A DNA stretch of 64,000 bases from an uncultured Verrucomicrobiae bacterium (GCA_963762565.1 CAVXLD010000007.1:192001-256000); one strand, 5' to 3'. Shown: positions 36,693 to 47,732, counted from the first letter of the stretch. A program made the numbers and translations. The notes: generated by a model from the sequence alone, not told the origin.

Positions 36693-38285
36693 ATGACTAA
36701 ACGGGCGACCCAGCTTACGAACTCGTCGAGCGGAGCATCTGAGCGAGATGGCATTGGCGCCGTGATTGACGGGAAAAGCCTGACTCTGAGGTCCGTTGCC
36801 GCTTTGCTTGCATCCAAGGCTCGATTGGAACTCGGTCCTGAGGCTCTGGAGGCAGTCAAACGTTCTCGTGCCATCGTGGAGACACGCGCAACTGGCGAAA
36901 CGGCGCTCTACGGGATCAACACCGGCTTTGGCGTACTCGCCCATGAACGGATTCCGGCCAAGGACTTGGAGCGTTTGCAGCAAAACCTTATCCTAAGTCA
37001 CGCGGTCGGTGCCGGGGACGAAATTCCGGCTGAGATCGTCGCCCTGATGCTGCTGTTTAAGGTAAACGGATTGGCGGTAGGGCTCTCGGGTGTGAGGCCG
37101 GTGGTCATCGACTATCTGATTCGATTCTACAACGAAGGAATCTATCCCATCATTTATACCAAGGGTTCGTTGGGTGCGTCCGGTGATCTAGCGCCTCTAG
37201 CCCATCTCACCTTACCCTTGATCGGCTTGGGTGAGGTCTATCGCCGTCAGGTTAGGACGCCGGCCGGGCAAGTGCTCAAGGATCTCGATCTCGGTCCGCT
37301 CCGGCTCGAGGCTAAGGAAGGGCTTGCTCTAATCAATGGCACCCAATTTATGACGGCTTATGCCGTCCATTGTTTGCTCCGGATTGAGCAATTGCTAGTG
37401 ACAGCGGATGTCGTTGCCGCGATGACGCTAGAGTCAATCAGGGGTAGCGCAGCTCCGTTCGACCCTAGAATTCATGAGGCACGCCCACATCCTGGACAAA
37501 AGAAAGTGGCGGCCCGGATGCGACAGCTTTTGCGAGGCTCGCAAATATTGCCTTCTCATATCGATTGCCCCAAGGTCCAGGATCCGTATTCGATTCGTTG
37601 TGTGCCACAAGTTCATGGGGCTGCCTGGGAGGTATTTCACCACGCCAGGGAGGGGGTGGAACGGGAACTGAATTCCGCTACCGATAACCCTTTAGTATTC
37701 GACAACGGGGATATTGTGAGCGGCGGTAACTTTCACGGTGAACTACTGGCCTTTGTAATGGATTATCTGGCAATTGCGACCTCGGAAATCGCGTGCATTT
37801 CCGAGCGCCGCCTTTTCTTGCTGCTGGGAGGCGACACGCTGGGAGACATCAAATTGCCGAAACTCTTGATGAAGGATACGGGCCTTAACTCGGGCTTCAT
37901 GCTGCCACAGTATCTAGCGGCAGCACTGGTTTCGGAGAATAAAATATTGGCCCACCCAGCGTCGGTTGATTCCATCCCCAGCTCATTAGGTCAGGAAGAT
38001 CACGTTTCGATGGGCGCGACGGCGGCAACTAAGTTGCTGGAGGTAATTAAGAACGCGGAGACGGTGCTAGCGATTGAATTAATGAGCGCTGCTCAAGCCC
38101 TGGATTTTATTCATCCCTTGAAAGCCGGCGATGGGATCGAGGCCGCACATGCAGAATTTAGGAAATCTATTTCGTTCGCCGAATCAGACCGCCTCTTTCA
38201 CGATGATATTCAGGTCGCCCTGCAAGTTGTCCGTTCGGGGACGATTGTTAAAGCTGCGGAAGCGGCGGTTGGGGTGTTGGTATGA
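36693..38285 (+). CDS. hutH: Histidine ammonia-lyase
   Basis: YGINTGFG, MIO-forming GASGDL, QDPYSIRC, GGNFH and QEDHVSM motifs. Confidence 0.96.
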   Translation: MTKRATQLTNSSSGASERDGIGAVIDGKSLTLRSVAALLASKARLELGPEALEAVKRSRAIVETRATGETALYGINTGFGVLAHERIPAKDLERLQQNLILSHAVGAGDEIPAEIVALMLLFKVNGLAVGLSGVRPVVIDYLIRFYNEGIYPIIYTKGSLGASGDLAPLAHLTLPLIGLGEVYRRQVRTPAGQVLKDLDLGPLRLEAKEGLALINGTQFMTAYAVHCLLRIEQLLVTADVVAAMTLESIRGSAAPFDPRIHEARPHPGQKKVAARMRQLLRGSQILPSHIDCPKVQDPYSIRCVPQVHGAAWEVFHHAREGVERELNSATDNPLVFDNGDIVSGGNFHGELLAFVMDYLAIATSEIACISERRLFLLLGGDTLGDIKLPKLLMKDTGLNSGFMLPQYLAAALVSENKILAHPASVDSIPSSLGQEDHVSMGATAATKLLEVIKNAETVLAIELMSAAQALDFIHPLKAGDGIEAAHAEFRKSISFAESDRLFHDDIQVALQVVRSGTIVKAAEAAVGVLV

Positions 38286-38313
38286 GTGAGTTTGGGATGC
38301 TTGTGCCGGATTA

Positions 38314-38495
38314 GAGAGGGCGCGCGTCCTCGCGCGCCGAGAGGACGTGAAACAATCTAGAGGTGTATTTTGGTCTGGAATTACAACACGTGCCCGGCTT
38401 CGGTAAGAAAGGATCGCGAGGATCCGACGTCGCCAACAGCTGGGAGAAAAGGTATACAAGCACAAGGCTATGTCGGACAGGCAGCGATCCCTCCC
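38314..38495. repeat. Family C palindromic element
   Basis: GAGGGCGCGCGTCCTCGCGCGCCG...GGTGTATTTT...CGGCTTCGGTAA...GGATCGCGAGGA; homologous to 58711-58832. Confidence 0.75.
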
Positions 38496-38560
38496 GGCCC
38501 GCTTTCGAGGACGAGAACGACGACGAGGACGAGAACGAAGCCCACCGTGAAACCTAGCCT

Positions 38561-40210
38561 ATGACCACGAACCCAATCCACGCTCCACGAGGCAAAGAAA
38601 TCAGTTGTAAGGCGTGGCCGCAGGAAGCCGCCCTTCGCTGTTTGATGAATAATCTAGATCCGGATGTGGCTGAGCGACCGGATGAATTGATCGTTTACGG
38701 TGGCAGGGGTAAAGCCGCCCGAAACTGGGATTGTTTCCACGCGATTGTGCGCGAGCTCCAGGGATTGGAGAACGATGAAACTCTGCTAGTCCAATCCGGA
38801 AAACCGGTGGCCGTGTTTCGCACCCACGAGGAGGCGCCTCGAGTCCTGATTGCTAACTCAAACCTGGTTGGTGCTTGGGCGGATTGGTCGAACTTTGATC
38901 GTTTGGAGAAGGCCGGCTTGATCATGTACGGACAAATGACAGCCGGGAGCTGGATCTATATCGGGTCGCAAGGAATTGTCCAGGGTACGTTCGAGACTTT
39001 TGCTGCGGTCGCTAAACGCCACTTCGGCGGTGACTTGGCCGGGAAGCTGGTGATCACGGGAGGGCTAGGTGGAATGGGTGGCGCCCAGCCGTTGGCGATC
39101 ACCCTTAATGGAGCCGTTTGTCTGGCGATCGAGGTTGATCCGCGCAGAATCCAGCGGCGTGTCGATACCGGCTATTGTGATCGCATTTCATATAGTCTGG
39201 ACGAAGCGATCGGCTGGTGCGAAGCCGCGCGACAAAAGAAAGAAGCGTTTTCAGTCGGGTTGGTTGGAAACACGGCCGAGATTTTACCGGAGCTGGTTCG
39301 GCGCGGATTGGCAGTCGATGCGATAACCGACCAGACTAGCGCGCACGATCCTTTAATTGGTTATATTCCTAAAGGACTAACCTTGGAGGCGGCTGAGCAG
39401 CTCCGTAAGAGCGATCCGAGCGCTTACGTCGAGCGATCGATGGCCTCAATGGCCGAGCATGTTGAGGCGATGCTCGCCCTGCAGCGGCGCGGTGCGATTG
39501 CGTTCGATTACGGTAACAATCTTCGGAAACAAGCCTACGATGCCGGCTGCAAAGAAGCTTTCGCGATCCCAGGATTTGTTCCGGAATATATCCGGCTCCT
39601 GTTCTGCGAAGGTAAAGGGCCGTTTCGTTGGGTGGCGCTTTCGGGGAATCCCGATGATATCCGTAAAACCGATGAATTAGCTCTCAAGCTTTTCCCGGAT
39701 GATCCGACACTAACCCGCTGGTTTCACCTGGCTCGAAATAAGATCCGGTTTCAGGGCTTGCCTTCGCGGATCTGCTGGCTCGGATATGGCGATCGAGCCC
39801 GGATGGGTCTAGCAATGAACGAAATGGTTCGTCGGGGCGAACTGGATGGACCCATTGCGATCGGCCGTGATCATCTTGATACCGGTTCGGTTGCTTCGCC
39901 GTTCCGAGAAACAGAGGCGATGAAGGATGGGTCGGATGCAATTGCGGATTGGCCGATTTTGAATGCGCTGTTGAATACGGCCAGTGGTGCAACCTGGGTG
40001 TCTTTTCATCATGGAGGGGGAGTCGGGATGGGATATTCGCTGCATGCGGGTCAGGTGACAGTAGCCGATGGGACGGAGCTGGCCGACCGGCGATTGGAGC
40101 GGGTTCTGACGAATGACCCTGGGATTGGCGTAGCGAGACATGTTGATGCTGGATATGAAGAGGCGAAGCGGACGGCGCGAGAGAAGGGGATTCGGACGCC
40201 GCTGGTGTAG
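38561..40210 (+). CDS. hutU: Urocanate hydratase
   Basis: [30 protein letters not shown] and GRDHLD motifs. Confidence 0.97.
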   Translation: MTTNPIHAPRGKEISCKAWPQEAALRCLMNNLDPDVAERPDELIVYGGRGKAARNWDCFHAIVRELQGLENDETLLVQSGKPVAVFRTHEEAPRVLIANSNLVGAWADWSNFDRLEKAGLIMYGQMTAGSWIYIGSQGIVQGTFETFAAVAKRHFGGDLAGKLVITGGLGGMGGAQPLAITLNGAVCLAIEVDPRRIQRRVDTGYCDRISYSLDEAIGWCEAARQKKEAFSVGLVGNTAEILPELVRRGLAVDAITDQTSAHDPLIGYIPKGLTLEAAEQLRKSDPSAYVERSMASMAEHVEAMLALQRRGAIAFDYGNNLRKQAYDAGCKEAFAIPGFVPEYIRLLFCEGKGPFRWVALSGNPDDIRKTDELALKLFPDDPTLTRWFHLARNKIRFQGLPSRICWLGYGDRARMGLAMNEMVRRGELDGPIAIGRDHLDTGSVASPFRETEAMKDGSDAIADWPILNALLNTASGATWVSFHHGGGVGMGYSLHAGQVTVADGTELADRRLERVLTNDPGIGVARHVDAGYEEAKRTAREKGIRTPLV

Positions 40211-40223
40211 GCGCACCTCTTTT

Positions 40224-40532
40224 GGTGGGGCGAGGCTCCCGAACAACCCAGAATTCTTAACGGAGAATTTGAATCTAGCTAAACCGGGTGTGTGTTTCGC
40301 CGATAGGCTCGCCGAGCCGTGTCCCAGCGTGCAGCCAACGGGCCGGGAGCCTGTGGTATGCCTTTACACAATACGCGCTCAGAACCGCATGTTTGATTTT
40401 TCCGTCCTAACAGCGTCATGGTAACCGATAGAACGCGGCTCGGCGCGCGCGTCGGAATACTCAGACCTCTCCTAATTCAACACTCTAATTCTCCGCGAAA
40501 TTCGATCGGCAATACGGGAGCCTCGCCCCACC
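40224..40532. repeat. Family B nested inverted-repeat element
   Basis: GGTGGGGCGAGGCTCC-N71-GCCGAGCCG ... CGGCTCGGC-N72-GGAGCCTCGCCCCACC. Confidence 0.85.
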
Positions 40533-40541
40533 AATGCAAAC

Positions 40542-41792
40542 ATGCGCGATCTTCTAATCGTTAATTGCAAACAGCTTTTGACGCTCGCTGGACCTCCGGT
40601 TCCTCGGGTCGGTCGTGACTTTAATGACCTCGGGATCATTCAAGATGGAGCGCTTTGGGCCAGGGACGGAAAGGTTCAGCGAGTCGGGACCTGGGATGAA
40701 ATCCAGGCGGATGCACCGGCGGACGCTGAAACCATCGACGCAGAGGGTCGCATCGTTTTACCAGGCTTCGTTGATGCGCACACACATCTGGTATTCGGCG
40801 GCTCGCGGGCTGATGAGTTCGAGCGGCGCGCGTTGGGCGAATCCTATCAATCGATCGCGGCTTCCGGAGGTGGAATTCGATCGACGGTGCGGCAAACCCG
40901 CGAGGCCACGGAGCTCGAGCTTTTGATCAGCGCTAAGCGCAGAGCGCATTGGTTACTGAGGAATGGGACTACAACGGCCGAGATTAAATCCGGTTACGGT
41001 CTGGCGTTGGAGCACGAGGTAAAAATGTTGCGGATCGCCAGGTCACTAGGCGAGACCGGGACGCTGCGAGTGGTCGGCACCTTTCTGGGCGCTCACGAAT
41101 TTCCCGACGAATTTCGTGACCGACGAGAAAAGTATGTTGAGTTGCTGATCAACGAAATGTTACCGGCGATCGCCCGGGAACATTTGGCGGAATACGCGGA
41201 TGTATTTTGTGAGCCGCACATCTTTAATACAGAAACGGCCTTCAGAGTTATGACAGCTGCATCCAAGCTCGGGTTCGGCTTACGCCTGCATGTGGACCAG
41301 CTAAGCTTGTCCGGTGGTGCACAGCTGGCAGCTCGACTAAAAGCCGCCACTGCAGATCACCTGGAACAGACCGATGAGGCAGGCATGATAGCGCTGCGCG
41401 ACGGCGGAGTTCAACCGGTGTTATTGCCAGGGTCGGTCTATGCGCTGGGCTTACAACACTATCCCGCCGCGCGTCGAATGATTGAGCTAGGTTTACCCAT
41501 CGTTCTCGCGACTGACCTGAATCCGGGTTCATCGCCGACGCCTTCGATCCCGATGGTGCTTTCTTTAGCTGTAACGCAAATGAAGCTATCGGTCGCTGAA
41601 GCCATCACTGCGGTCACCATCAATGCTGCGCATAGTCTGAGCCGCGGCGGCGAAATTGGATCCCTCGAACCGGGTAAAAACGCCGATTTTGTTATCCACG
41701 ACTGCGAGGACTATCGCGAGCTCGCGTACTATTTTGGAGTTGAAACCGCGCGTCAGGTCTTCATCGGCGGAGAATCGGTGTATGAAAGATGA
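40542..41792 (+). CDS. hutI: Imidazolonepropionase
   Basis: PGFVDAHTH, GGGIRSTV, EIKSGYGL, DHLE and ATDLNPG motifs. Confidence 0.95.
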   Translation: MRDLLIVNCKQLLTLAGPPVPRVGRDFNDLGIIQDGALWARDGKVQRVGTWDEIQADAPADAETIDAEGRIVLPGFVDAHTHLVFGGSRADEFERRALGESYQSIAASGGGIRSTVRQTREATELELLISAKRRAHWLLRNGTTTAEIKSGYGLALEHEVKMLRIARSLGETGTLRVVGTFLGAHEFPDEFRDRREKYVELLINEMLPAIAREHLAEYADVFCEPHIFNTETAFRVMTAASKLGFGLRLHVDQLSLSGGAQLAARLKAATADHLEQTDEAGMIALRDGGVQPVLLPGSVYALGLQHYPAARRMIELGLPIVLATDLNPGSSPTPSIPMVLSLAVTQMKLSVAEAITAVTINAAHSLSRGGEIGSLEPGKNADFVIHDCEDYRELAYYFGVETARQVFIGGESVYER

Positions 41793-41795
41793 GAC

Positions 41796-42090
41796 TGGAG
41801 GGGACCCGCTTTACCGTGCTCCGATAGAAAAGGTCTATTCGCGGGTTGAGAGCTGGCGCGGCCGATAGATTGGATACCAGGCGGATCCCGGGAATTACCC
41901 AGCGCGTTGATTTCAGTATGGTTGTGCGGGTTATAGTTCCAAGATTCACGCGGCGTAGGATAGCCCATGACAAAACCACATCTGGAGCCGTTCCCGGGAG
42001 CCGCCTGCTAGCCATCCGGTCAGGACGAACTACATTATGGATTCCAGATACGCTGGGTTACGTTCAACGTGATAAAGCGGCTCCCCTCCA
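41796..42090. repeat. Family E inverted-repeat element
   Basis: TGGAGGGGACCCGCTTTA ... TAAAGCGGCTCCCCTCCA (17/18); the internal CCGGGAGCCGCCTGCT is shared with 25536. Confidence 0.7.
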
Positions 42091-42159
42091 AATTTGTGCG
42101 CGCCGGATTCGCCGCTTTCCTGCTCGTTCCTTTGCACCTATTTATTGTAATCCTTTCGC

Positions 42160-43567
42160 ATGGGTACAGGCATTGAATATGGCTGGCTGCCGGATTTCCT
42201 GCTGATAAACGGTGAGATAAAGAGCGGCATAGCGTTCTTTGCTGACGAGTCGCGGAATTATTACTCGCTTGTCAGGAGCCGGAGAGGATCTGGCCCATGC
42301 TCAGCGGCTGAAAAATCGGGCTGTTTTCCCAGGGCTAGTAAATGTCCATTCCCACACCTTCCAGCGGGCTATCCGGGGCCGGACCGAATGGCGGAACCAG
42401 GGTCAACGCGACACCTTCTGGACTTGGCGAGAAAAGATGTATGACGCGGCAACTCGTTTGACTCCGGAACAGATCTATCAAACCGCCAGAGCTGCGTTCT
42501 TGGAAATGCTGTTATCCGGCATCACGACCGTCGGCGAATTCCATTATTTACATCATCAAGCGGACGGCAGGCCGTATACCGATCACAACTTGATCGACAA
42601 ATTGGTGATCCAGGCAGCAAGGGAGATCGGATTGCGAATCGTGCTCTTGCGTACCGCTTACCAGCGTGCGGGGTACGGGAAACAGGCGAACCCGGGACAA
42701 GCTCGGTTCATCACGCCGGACCCGAGCACATTCATTGCCGACACTGAGGACCTCTCCGCTTGGGTGCAAAAGTCATATGCTCGGAATGAAGTTGGTGTCG
42801 GCATCGCGCCTCATAGTGTTCGCGCGGTTACGCAGGATTATCTTTGCGAGATCGCAGAATATGCCCGGCAGCGTGAATTACGGGTTCATATGCATGTGTC
42901 CGAACAGCCGGGCGAAAATGAGGCCTGTATCCAGGAATATGGAGTTTCACCAGTTACATGGTTGCAGCGGATGAATGTGCTGGGGCCGCGGTTCACGGCG
43001 GTGCATGCGATTCATATTAGTGAAGCCGAAGCCGCTTTGTTGGGTGAATCAGACAGCGCAATTTGCGCTTGTCCAACCTCGGAAAGGAATCTGGCAGATG
43101 GCGCCGTCAGAGCGGATTGGCTTCTGGCGCAGGGCGCCACGCTTTGCCTTGGTAGTGACAGTCAAATCCAGATTGATCTCTTGGAAGACGCTCGCCTGCT
43201 CGAGTACCACTTGCGCATGCAACAACTCGAACGGGTAGTGCTGGATCCGCCACTAGCCGGGCGGGAACGGCTGAGCCAGATGCTGTATGAGGCGGCTTCC
43301 AAATCCGGCGGGAAATCGCTTGGCCAAAACGTTGGTGAACTCGCCGTCGGCAGAGCGGCTGACTTCATAGCGATTGACCTTGATGATCTCAGCGTGGCCG
43401 GCGCGAGCCCTGAAACTTTGGTGGCAAACGTGGTGTTTTCACTGGAACGAACAGCAGTGAAAGAGGTCTACGTGGGAGGTCGGTGCGTCGTAGCGCACGG
43501 CCGTCATCCGCTGCAGGAGAGTGTCATTGCCGAGTTTAGCGGGCTGCAGAAGAGTTTTTGGGGATGA
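42160..43567 (+). CDS. hutF: Formimidoylglutamate deiminase with an apparent +1 frameshift near 42253
   Basis: PGLVNVHSHTFQRA, TFWTWRE, VGEFHYLHH, APHSVRAV, HMHVSEQ and GSDS motifs. The N-terminal MGTGIEYGWLPDFLL...FADES is in a different frame. Confidence 0.88.
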
Positions 43568-43594
43568 GCCAGGGGGCAGAAGTCAGGAGGGGGA

Positions 43595-43814
43595 CGGTAG
43601 GGCGAAAATCTCGGCGCGCCCCGGGGTGATCCATTTCTATCGACGTTTCCGCGCCGGATTTGAGCCATGCGTGCGTGTTGCAACATCCAAGACATGATCG
43701 TTCTCAGGACCATCGGGCCAGCGAGATGGCAACCTCACGGCGCGGCTCAAATCCGGCGCGATACACGTGATCAAATTGGTCCGTCCGCGGCGCGCCGAGA
43801 TTTTCGCCCTACCG
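43595..43814. repeat. Family F nested inverted-repeat element
   Basis: 26-bp perfect outer arms (CGGTAGGGCGAAAATCTCGGCGCGCC) and 17-bp perfect inner arms (43650-43666 / 43744-43760). Confidence 0.85.
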
Positions 43815-44248
43815 CCCGCAGCCTTCTACCGGCGCTTAACACGAAAGCAGTGTGAGGTAGCCTAGCCAATGCCGGAAGAGCAGTCCTATCACCAGGATCA
43901 CGAGACTTCGGATGCCGTAACCTAGGAGAAATGAGAGAGGCACGGCGGAGCAGGCAAGACTGCAGCTGGCTAGCTTACGTGCAAGCAACAGGTGGTTTGA
44001 TTCGATCTTCATCGGTTGTCCCTTTAGTTCCCTCCGCCAGTTGCCAGTCTTCGTCTGTATATTAAGAAAATTGGATGGGCAAGGTTTCAAATTTTTTTGA
44101 AGATTGGCGCTTCGCCCGGCTTACAGCCGGGCGAAATGACAGATAACAAATGACAAATTGTCGTATCACCCACAGGCGGTGATCGCGGCAATTTGTCATC
44201 TGTCATTTGTCATTTGTCATCGATCCGAGCTTCGGGCGAGGATGTGCC

Positions 44249-45544
44249 ATGAGCCAATCCGGCAGCGTTACCGAGATTCTACTGGATCTGATTGCGATCC
44301 CTTCGGTGTCGTCGGCTTCAAATCAGGCGGTGATCGATTATGCCAGGGAACGATTGAAACCGAACCAATGGGAAGTTCGAACTTTTCCGTACACTGATCC
44401 CAATGGGATTGAGAAGACAAACTTGATCGCGGTAGCTAAAAAACGTCTCCAACCCGGAGGCCGCGAAGAGCAATTCGGACAAGGAACAATACTCCGACAC
44501 TCCGGGACTCCCGCCCGCAACGCTTCGCGTAGCGATGCGGGCGGGCCAACACTCCGCTCGACCGGATTCGAGGACGACGACGAGAACGAAGCGCATAGTG
44601 AGCGCCCAGAGACAGTCGAGTTGGCCCTGGTTTGTCACACGGACACGGTCCCGTATCCGGATGATTGGCCGGAAGCGGTTCACCCAAAAGTGATCGATGG
44701 ACGGGTCTACGGAAGAGGAGCCTGTGACGTTAAAGGGTTTCTGGCCTGTATTTTAGCCGCAGTCGGGGATCTGGATGTGCCGGAGCGTTCGGTCGCGGTT
44801 GTCCTTACCGCGGATGAAGAAATCGGGTGTGTGGGCGCGAAGCGTCTGCTTGGAGAAAGGCAGCTCTGTGCACGCAACGCGGTGGTGGGCGAGCCAACCC
44901 AATTGCATCCGGTGATCGCAGGAAAGGGTTATGCCTTGGGGGAAGTCGTGGTGCGTGGTAAGGCGGCCCACAGCGCGTTTCCGCAGGTTGGCCGTTCGGC
45001 AATCCTTGATGCCGCAACTCTCATCGATTCGATCCGAAAGATTGGGCTCCAGGCTGCCGCGCGGCGCCATGAACGGTTTGATCCACCTTTCACCACCATC
45101 AACATCGGGACGATCTCGGGAGGGACGGCTAAAAATATAGTCCCGGCCGAATGCCGATTCTTAGTCGAATGGAGACCTGTTCCGGGACAGAGCGAACGCT
45201 GGATCGCTGACCTGATTCGGGAGGAGCTAGCCCGGGCGCAAAAGGACGATCCGGGATTACAAGCTACATTTGAGCCGATGCGGATCGATCCCGGATTTGA
45301 AACCAATCAGCAAAGCAGATTAGTCCGCGAACTCGAACGCTTAAGCGGCAACCAACCCGTCTCGGTGGCATTTGGTACCGAGGCCCCTTACTTGAAAAAG
45401 TTGGGCGCCGAGACCGTGGTTTTCGGTCCCGGCGATATGAAGACAGCGCATTCCGTGGCAGAAAATGTGCCGATCGAGGAATTGGAACGGTGTGTCGCGG
45501 TTCTCAGGGAGCTCGTGGACACGTTGGGTCGCGGTCCCCTATAG
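44249..45544 (+). CDS. argE: M20 family ArgE-like deacylase with a repeat-derived insertion
   Basis: HTDTVP, GRGACDVKG, ADEEIG, GEPT, GKAAHS, FGTEA and GPGDMKTAHS motifs. Confidence 0.85.
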   Translation: MSQSGSVTEILLDLIAIPSVSSASNQAVIDYARERLKPNQWEVRTFPYTDPNGIEKTNLIAVAKKRLQPGGREEQFGQGTILRHSGTPARNASRSDAGGPTLRSTGFEDDDENEAHSERPETVELALVCHTDTVPYPDDWPEAVHPKVIDGRVYGRGACDVKGFLACILAAVGDLDVPERSVAVVLTADEEIGCVGAKRLLGERQLCARNAVVGEPTQLHPVIAGKGYALGEVVVRGKAAHSAFPQVGRSAILDAATLIDSIRKIGLQAAARRHERFDPPFTTINIGTISGGTAKNIVPAECRFLVEWRPVPGQSERWIADLIREELARAQKDDPGLQATFEPMRIDPGFETNQQSRLVRELERLSGNQPVSVAFGTEAPYLKKLGAETVVFGPGDMKTAHSVAENVPIEELERCVAVLRELVDTLGRGPL

Positions 45545-45664
45545 AGCCCTGAACAAATAGGACCTATGGGACTTATATGACTTATAGGATTGGACCAAGC
45601 GGTCCTATTTGCACACTTGGGTGCCACGCCCATACGCCGTTACGCCGACACGCCGATACGTTCC

Positions 45665-46102
45665 CTACGGTTTTCCGCCAAAGCTGGCGTAGTCATCTAG
45701 GTCGAGCATGTCGAACCAAGTGACAACGTCGTCTCGTTCGGGAGCCACTTTCTGGACCATCTCGCTGAGGTATCCTCGACCTTCGTTGTCCGATGGGCTT
45801 CTCTGAAGTTGGTACTGCGACCAATCATAGATTTCGAAATCGGTCCGCTTGCTATTGTCTCGGATCCAAGCCAAGACTTCGGAATCTGATTTTCCGTCCT
45901 GCAAAAGTTTCAGAATATCATCGGCGCTGACGCCGAGGAACGCGGTTAGACGCTGGTCGAGCGGGCAATTGAAGTGGTATTCTCCGGCAGTGCCTGCGAG
46001 GTGGGCGCGGCCCTTGTCGAGCATTCGTGGCAGCATGACGCATCCGCCGAGTTTGATTCTTGGGCTGCGAGGAGGGCGTTGGGTAAGATCGGTTGAATTC
46101 AT
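45665..46102 (-). CDS. DUF5069 domain protein
   Basis: DLTQRPPRSP...LPRMLDKGRA...GEYHFNCPLD and FDMLDLDD motifs. Confidence 0.8.
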   Translation of the reverse strand: MNSTDLTQRPPRSPRIKLGGCVMLPRMLDKGRAHLAGTAGEYHFNCPLDQRLTAFLGVSADDILKLLQDGKSDSEVLAWIRDNSKRTDFEIYDWSQYQLQRSPSDNEGRGYLSEMVQKVAPERDDVVTWFDMLDLDDYASFGGKP

Positions 46103-46238
46103 CTCGAAGGAAACTGGTGACGACCGACGGGTTCGTCAACAGCCGGAAACGGTTCGATTTCAGTTGGCGCGTCTCTGCGCCAGCTAAAATCGAACCCTTT
46201 CCGGCTACTAGCTTCCTTGCGCTCAAAAGCGTACGCTT

Positions 46239-47237
46239 TTGAGCGCAAGGAAAGCTCTTGCATGGGGGATAGGCCTACCGCTATTAAACAGGTCTGTGTG
46301 TCCCCGCTTTAGTCCACTAATCGTCGCGGCAGCGACGTTATTCGGTCAATCCATATTGGCCGATTCGTTTGTCTTTGACCCGACAACCAATGGACGAGTT
46401 CCACTTCCCTCTTGGTTGCCTGATCGACCGGTGGCAATCGCCAGTAATCATGCTGAGTTATCTTTCCCCATCCACCCCGTGAGCGATGACGATGACCTCG
46501 CTTTAACGGTCGTTTTCGTTGAAGATTTTGGAGGGTATCTCAGCGTGTATTGGCAGCCTCAAGGCGGCTCCCGGCAGCTAATCTGCGCGAATCTGTTCGA
46601 AAACATCTCCCTACCGAACCAGCGGACGATCCTGATTAATCGGCCAACTCTGGGCGGCCCCGGGAAATTGATTCTGCAATCCAGCTCCGATGTATTGAAC
46701 ATCAAGCGAGTCCAGCTCGACTGGGCCCGCCCAGGCGTGGTCCGGTTGTACGATCTGATGCCGAACGGAGCTTTAATCAGCACTGAAGGCAAGATTTACG
46801 CACCGGAAGAAGTGGATGGTAGTCCGCTCACCCCGGTCGCAGATCGATGGGATCGCGGGGTTTTAACCACCTCGGTTACGGACAAGGCGGAACGTATCGA
46901 ACAAGGCGTTGAGTACCCGGTATCAATTACCAAACCGGTTCGCCGAGTACGCGTGGAGGTTTTAGTTAATGGGTTGGCATTCGGCCATTCGGTCAAACTT
47001 TGGCTTAACGGCCAGTTAGTTGGATCGTTAGCGATGGAGATTCCAGAGCTGACCGATCCTGGCTATTTTCACAGCCGCTCGCGCGGAGATCACTATGACG
47101 GTTGGCGGAAGGGTGTTTTCCTACTTTCTTCCAATCAAGTGAGGAAAGGGGAAAATGTATTTCAGTTCCAAGGTCCGGCAAAGACGCCGCTAGCCATCAG
47201 AGACTTCTTACTGCAGATTCAATATGCCTCTGATTGA
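46239..47237 (+). CDS. Hypothetical exported protein heading the T2SS cluster
   Basis: Long ORF with a signal-like segment and beta-rich composition; start uncertain. Confidence 0.6.
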   Translation: MSARKALAWGIGLPLLNRSVCPRFSPLIVAAATLFGQSILADSFVFDPTTNGRVPLPSWLPDRPVAIASNHAELSFPIHPVSDDDDLALTVVFVEDFGGYLSVYWQPQGGSRQLICANLFENISLPNQRTILINRPTLGGPGKLILQSSSDVLNIKRVQLDWARPGVVRLYDLMPNGALISTEGKIYAPEEVDGSPLTPVADRWDRGVLTTSVTDKAERIEQGVEYPVSITKPVRRVRVEVLVNGLAFGHSVKLWLNGQLVGSLAMEIPELTDPGYFHSRSRGDHYDGWRKGVFLLSSNQVRKGENVFQFQGPAKTPLAIRDFLLQIQYASD

Positions 47238-47273
47238 CTTGAATAGCGGATGCACTAGCTTCGGACCGGCCTT

Positions 47274-47732
47274 ATGAAACGTAAAGTAGTTGCAAGTCGC
47301 AGGGCTAATATTGCTAGGAATAATCGCGGGCGTGCCGGGTATACGCTGATGGAGATAATGTTGGTGGTGGCGATCATCGCCGTGCTCGCGGGCGGTGTCA
47401 TCATCAAAATGACCGGCATTTTGGACGTAACGAAGATACAACGCTCGGAGCAGGATATCGCGAACATCTACAGCGCTCTCAAACTTTACGAGGCGCGCAA
47501 CAATGAACTGCCCGAGCAAAGCCAAGGTTTGGAAGCGCTGGTGAGTCCTCCCAGCACTGGTACTCCGCCAGCGAACTGGGTTAGGTTGATGGATAGCTTA
47601 CCCATCGACCCTTGGAATACTCCTTATCAATATCGCAACCCCGGCAAGAAAGATCCATCTGGGGTAGACGTCTATTCGCTAGGACCGCAACGCAAGGAAG
47701 GCGAAGGTAACATCTACCGGCGCGTTAATTAG
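47274..47732 (+). CDS. gspG: Type II secretion major pseudopilin
   Basis: G|YTLMEIM prepilin motif; QGLEALV, DPWNTPYQY and YSLGP. Confidence 0.92.
   Translation: MKRKVVASRRANIARNNRGRAGYTLMEIMLVVAIIAVLAGGVIIKMTGILDVTKIQRSEQDIANIYSALKLYEARNNELPEQSQGLEALVSPPSTGTPPANWVRLMDSLPIDPWNTPYQYRNPGKKDPSGVDVYSLGPQRKEGEGNIYRRVN

Noticed and set aside
43836..44012. Small hydrophobic membrane protein on the minus strand
   Set aside because: It has a plausible ATG and purine-rich upstream sequence but no recognisable family, so support is insufficient.
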